In this document: piece by piece, positions 60,663 to 64,000 of the stretch
Layout of the letters: every line of letters begins with the position of its first letter
Position numbering within the stretch: the stretch's first letter is position 1
DNA from: Planctomycetota bacterium
Lineage (GTDB): Bacteria; Planctomycetota; UBA8108; UBA1146
Direction of reading: 5' to 3'
DNA: 64,000 nucleotides
NCBI GenBank assembly: GCA_036338595.1
Contig: JAYZBV010000065.1
Coordinates: 1 to 64,000, forward strand
Position numbers and translations under genes: made by a program
Notes under the pieces: model-generated
Databases searched by the model: none
What the model was told of the DNA's origin: nothing
Seen by the model: the letters and a program-made list of their open reading frames with translations, nothing else

Positions 60663-61276
60663 TCGTCCCCCTGCGTACTCTCGAGGGCACTTCTTCCCGC
60701 GACAGCGTCACGCAAGATGCTGCAATTCATGTACTCGATTTGCCCACCAGCAGGCAATCCCCTGGCGAGCATCGTGACGGAGACATCTGCTTTCGAGAGC
60801 GCCTCTGCGACCAGCAGCGCCGTACCGTCGCCCTCAAAGTCAGGATTCGTGGCGAGTATCACCTCCTTCACATCGGATGATTCGCTGCGCTCGATCAAAC
60901 GCTTGAGTGCGATCTGCTCGGGGCCACGATCGTCCATCGGCGAGAATGACGCCCCGAGTACGTGGTAGAGACCTGAATAAGAGCCACTCTCCTCGATCGC
61001 TCGCAAATCCTTGGGCTGCTCAACAACGCAGATGACCCCTCGATCCCTGCTATCATCCAGACAGATGGCACAGATCTCTTCCTCACTGATGTCCTGGCAT
61101 TGAGCACACCGGCGCAACTCATCCTTGACCTTGCGAATCGCATCGGAGATGCGCATCGCATCTTCTCTGGAAACCTTGAGCACATGGTATGCGAGCCGTT
61201 CGGCACTCTTTTGACCGATCCCGGGCAATGAGGCGAACGCATCGATCAACTCTCCGAGTAGTCCTTCTCCCGCCAA
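60659..61276 (-). CDS. recR: Recombination mediator RecR
   Basis: LPGIGQKSAERLA, CAQC..CAIC, CVVE, Y.GLYHVL, EVILATNP..EG, ARGLP.G. Confidence 0.96.
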   Translation of the reverse strand: MAGEGLLGELIDAFASLPGIGQKSAERLAYHVLKVSREDAMRISDAIRKVKDELRRCAQCQDISEEEICAICLDDSRDRGVICVVEQPKDLRAIEESGSYSGLYHVLGASFSPMDDRGPEQIALKRLIERSESSDVKEVILATNPDFEGDGTALLVAEALSKADVSVTMLARGLPAGGQIEYMNCSILRDAVAGRSALESTQGDE

Positions 61277-61284
61277 GATCCCCC

Positions 61285-61602
61285 CTATGCCATTCCCGGG
61301 AAGGACATACCACCGGTAACTCTGGAGGTTTCCTGGTCGGAGAGTTCCTTTGCCTTCTCCAGTGCCTGCTGAACCGCCACCAGCACCAGGTCCTCGAGCA
61401 TCTCGACATCATCCGGATCCACAACTTCCGGATCGATCTCGACCTTAAGCACCTCTTGCTGGCCACTGGCATATACCTTGATGAGTCCGCTGCCAGATTC
61501 TCCCAGCACGGTTCGCTGCTTGAGATCTTCCTGGACCGCTTTCAGTTCCTTCTGCATCTTCTGTGCCTGCTGGAACAATCCACCCAGATCACCGGTCGAC
61601 AT
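61285..61602 (-). CDS. ybaB: YbaB/EbfC nucleoid-associated protein
   Basis: QAQKMQ, SG.GL.KV, IDP, EMLEDLV..A; lies between dnaX and recR. Confidence 0.95.
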   Translation of the reverse strand: MSTGDLGGLFQQAQKMQKELKAVQEDLKQRTVLGESGSGLIKVYASGQQEVLKVEIDPEVVDPDDVEMLEDLVLVAVQQALEKAKELSDQETSRVTGGMSFPGMA

Positions 61603-61614
61603 GATAAGTCTCCT

Positions 61615-63339
61615 TCAATTATTTCCCTGGACCCGGTCCTCATCCCGTACCGGACCACGATTTTTGGCCTCGCTCGAAAATATATCCGCTGCCTGACCAA
61701 CGATCTCGGGCTTCTCTGCAGAACCCGAAGATCCAGGCGCTGGATCGGCATCCGCTGGGTACTCCTCGATCTCGATCGAGCCATGTTTTTTCTGCCACGA
61801 GCTCAGGGCCTTCTGCGCCGCATCTGTTGCGAGTGCCTGAGAAAGTTCACTCGTGGTCTGCAACTGCCATCCGTCACCCACACGGGTGATTCCACCTCCG
61901 AGCCGGATCATTCTCGGCAGCAGTTTGTCGACCTTCCGCAGCAGATCGATCAGTTGATCCTCGGGTGAATCGCCTTCAGTTACGGGATCCGCGTCGGTCG
62001 TTGCGACCGCTGAAGCAACACCGGATGACTTTGCATCGCCTTCACGCTTCCGAAGTGCTTCGCGAGCAGCAGCCGCCCCACGTGCAGGAAGCTTCGTGGC
62101 TGGCTGCTCCGGGACAATGGCTGCATCTGGAACCGTGGGTTCCTTTGCCACTGCTGCCACAGGTGGATCAGGATCCTGATCGCGGGGGGAACGGGAAATG
62201 GAAGCAGCAGCGGTTGCCACGTCGGGACTGGTGAGCGATCGGATCGGCACCAGGGATCGCAAGGTCCCCATCCGCATCAATGCGAGTTCCAGCAGCAGAT
62301 CACCACGATCCTGACGACGCAACTTCTGGCGGGTTTCCTGGATGATCTCCTGGGCGAGCAGGTTTGCCTCGAGATCTTCCTCACCCCAACCATCACTGAC
62401 TCCGGTGTGAAGTCTTTGGCGCAACGTCTCGGCGATCTGCTCGGTCAACACCGATGCCTCGGTTCCTCCAGCAAAGATGGCTGTCGCCTTTGCGACCACC
62501 GTAGAGAGGTCACCGCAATCGACCGCTGACAGTAAATCTGCCAGCGCTTCACTCGACACCCTACCGGTGATCCGGTTCAGATCTTCGGGACCGGGCTGGT
62601 CTCCCGCAAAGGAGAGCACCTGATCGAGCAGCGACTGGGCATCTCGCATGCCCCCATCCGCGAGGGAAGCGATATTCTCGAGCAATTCGGGCTGCGGATC
62701 GGCGCCCTCCTGCTGACAGATCTGGCCGAGTCGACGCTCGATGTCTCCACGAGAGATCGAGGCAAAATCGAAGCGCTGGCAGCGGGAAAGAACCGTTGGA
62801 ATCACTCGCTCCGGTTCGGTCGTGGCGAAGATGAACTTCACGTGCGCGGGGGGCTCCTCGAGGGTCTTGAGCAGCGAATTGAACGCTTCCCTGGTCAGCA
62901 TGTGTACCTCGTCGATGATGAATATGCGGTACGGGCCTGAGCTGGGAGCGTACTGGACATGCTCGATCAGGCTACGGATATCATCGATGCCCCGATGGGA
63001 TGCGCCGTCCATCTCGGTGACATCGGAATCTTCACCGCGAAAGATCTGTTCGCAGGTGGCACACTGATCGCAGGGGACCGCATCTTCTCCATCAGGGCAC
63101 TGTAAGGTCCGCGCAAAGATCCGTGCCATCGAGGTCTTGCCCACTCCGCGCGGCCCACAGAAAAGATATGCGTGAGCGAGACGATTCTGCAGGATCGCCT
63201 GCCGTAAAGCCTCGGCGACCGATTCCTGCCCCACCACGTCATCGAATTTTCTGGGTCGGTAGCGCCGCGCGATCACCTCGTAACGACCTGAAGTAGCATC
63301 GTTCTGCACAGCTGGAGGGGTCGGGGACTGCTCATTCAT
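61615..63339 (-). CDS. dnaX: DNA polymerase III subunit gamma/tau
   Basis: ARRYRP..F..VVGQ, HAYLFCGPRGVGKT, DEVHML, FNSLLKTLEEPP, SRCQ, GGMRDA.SLLDQ; start set at ATG 63339. Confidence 0.96.
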   Translation of the reverse strand: MNEQSPTPPAVQNDATSGRYEVIARRYRPRKFDDVVGQESVAEALRQAILQNRLAHAYLFCGPRGVGKTSMARIFARTLQCPDGEDAVPCDQCATCEQIFRGEDSDVTEMDGASHRGIDDIRSLIEHVQYAPSSGPYRIFIIDEVHMLTREAFNSLLKTLEEPPAHVKFIFATTEPERVIPTVLSRCQRFDFASISRGDIERRLGQICQQEGADPQPELLENIASLADGGMRDAQSLLDQVLSFAGDQPGPEDLNRITGRVSSEALADLLSAVDCGDLSTVVAKATAIFAGGTEASVLTEQIAETLRQRLHTGVSDGWGEEDLEANLLAQEIIQETRQKLRRQDRGDLLLELALMRMGTLRSLVPIRSLTSPDVATAAASISRSPRDQDPDPPVAAVAKEPTVPDAAIVPEQPATKLPARGAAAAREALRKREGDAKSSGVASAVATTDADPVTEGDSPEDQLIDLLRKVDKLLPRMIRLGGGITRVGDGWQLQTTSELSQALATDAAQKALSSWQKKHGSIEIEEYPADADPAPGSSGSAEKPEIVGQAADIFSSEAKNRGPVRDEDRVQGNN

Positions 63340-63436
63340 GTAGTCATCAAACCCGCGACGAGCCGGTGCTGCAAGTCGCCAAATGGAAAGTGGAAGTGGC
63401 ACAACAGGGTTCCCACGCGGTCAGGCTGGAAATAGA

Positions 63437-63527
63437 CCGGAGCCCGAAGCACACCGACGGGGACCGACATGGCTGCTCCCGTCAGGGCCTGACCAAGTTC
63501 ACGGGCCGCCAGTCGCCCGGACCCCGG
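63437..63527 (-). ncRNA. ffs: Signal recognition particle RNA (core)
   Basis: Helix-8 motif GGUCAGG-CCC-UGAC-GGG-AGCAGCC within a long hairpin closed by CCGGGGUCCGGG/UUCGGGCUCCGG; classic tRNA-Ser-ffs-dnaX context. Confidence 0.88.
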
Positions 63528-63600
63528 AAGTTACTATTTCCATCCAGACTCTGTGGCTCCAGGAGCCACGTCACAGCACCAGCGCGATACACCACGAGGT

Positions 63601-63690
<90 letters not shown>

Positions 63691-63816
63691 CGACGCTTCC
63701 TCGTGTCATCTCTTCGCACCCGAATCCAGGGGACTGATGCTCACCGATCAGGCACCATTTTCCCCGGAAATCTCGACAATTCCAGGGATCTATAGCAGAC
63801 CTGGATGCCATGGGAG

Positions 63817-63906
<90 letters not shown>

Positions 63907-64000
63907 GCTATCATCCATGATCATCATTTTCCGTTCGAACTGTCCCTGCGCTGCTGAAAAAAGGAACGCAACAGTTCGCCCGACTCTTCACCGAACAATC

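Noticed and set aside
61615..63339. Programmed -1 frameshift in dnaX
   Set aside because: No A-AAA-AAG or long A-run followed by a hairpin was spotted after the core domains; the only A6 run (near 61790) is too distal.
63340..63402. N-terminal extension of dnaX in the ORF track
   Set aside because: It overlaps the structured RNA region; ATG 63339 gives a normal-length N-terminus.

Overview
GC-rich, gene-dense chromosomal segment of a diderm bacterium, most likely Planctomycetota. That assignment is inferred from lpxB and bamA occurring with mcsA-mcsB-clpC, a planctomycete-style dockerin protein, DUF2203 and an ACIII-caa3 operon. From left to right the window holds: (1) a minus-strand respiratory operon with heme A synthase, alternative complex III (actABCDEF plus an ActG-like gene), SCO and an A2-type caa3 cytochrome c oxidase, with subunit III cut by the window edge; (2) a large secreted modular protein whose N-terminal domain resembles lysyl oxidase, followed by FN3-like, cohesin-like and dockerin modules; (3) a peptidase C26-lpxB-hypothetical-aroB-lipoprotein-MATE operon divergent from folC; (4) mcsA-mcsB-clpC without ctsR; (5) a near-consensus sigma70 promoter, a ~400-nt hairpin-dense leader, then nusA-infB-rbfA with no rimP; (6) a PAS-GGDEF cyclase, XdhC, a pseudo-glycosylase/histone-H1-like fusion, yebC, DUF2203, bamA and an Smr-less MutS2; (7) a MerR-thioesterase-FHA-HEAT/VWA-pseudo-GGDEF operon; (8) birA plus a methylmalonyl-CoA/propionyl-CoA carboxylase operon; (9) two tRNA-Ser genes, SRP RNA and dnaX-ybaB-recR coupled to an ABC module and an exported 10xCxxC protein. 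No CRISPR array, integrase, transposase or prophage was seen. The best novelty candidates are the LOX-like/cohesin/dockerin protein, the H1-like fusion, the nusA leader RNA and the extended SRP RNA. All assignments come from motif recognition by eye; no searches were run.
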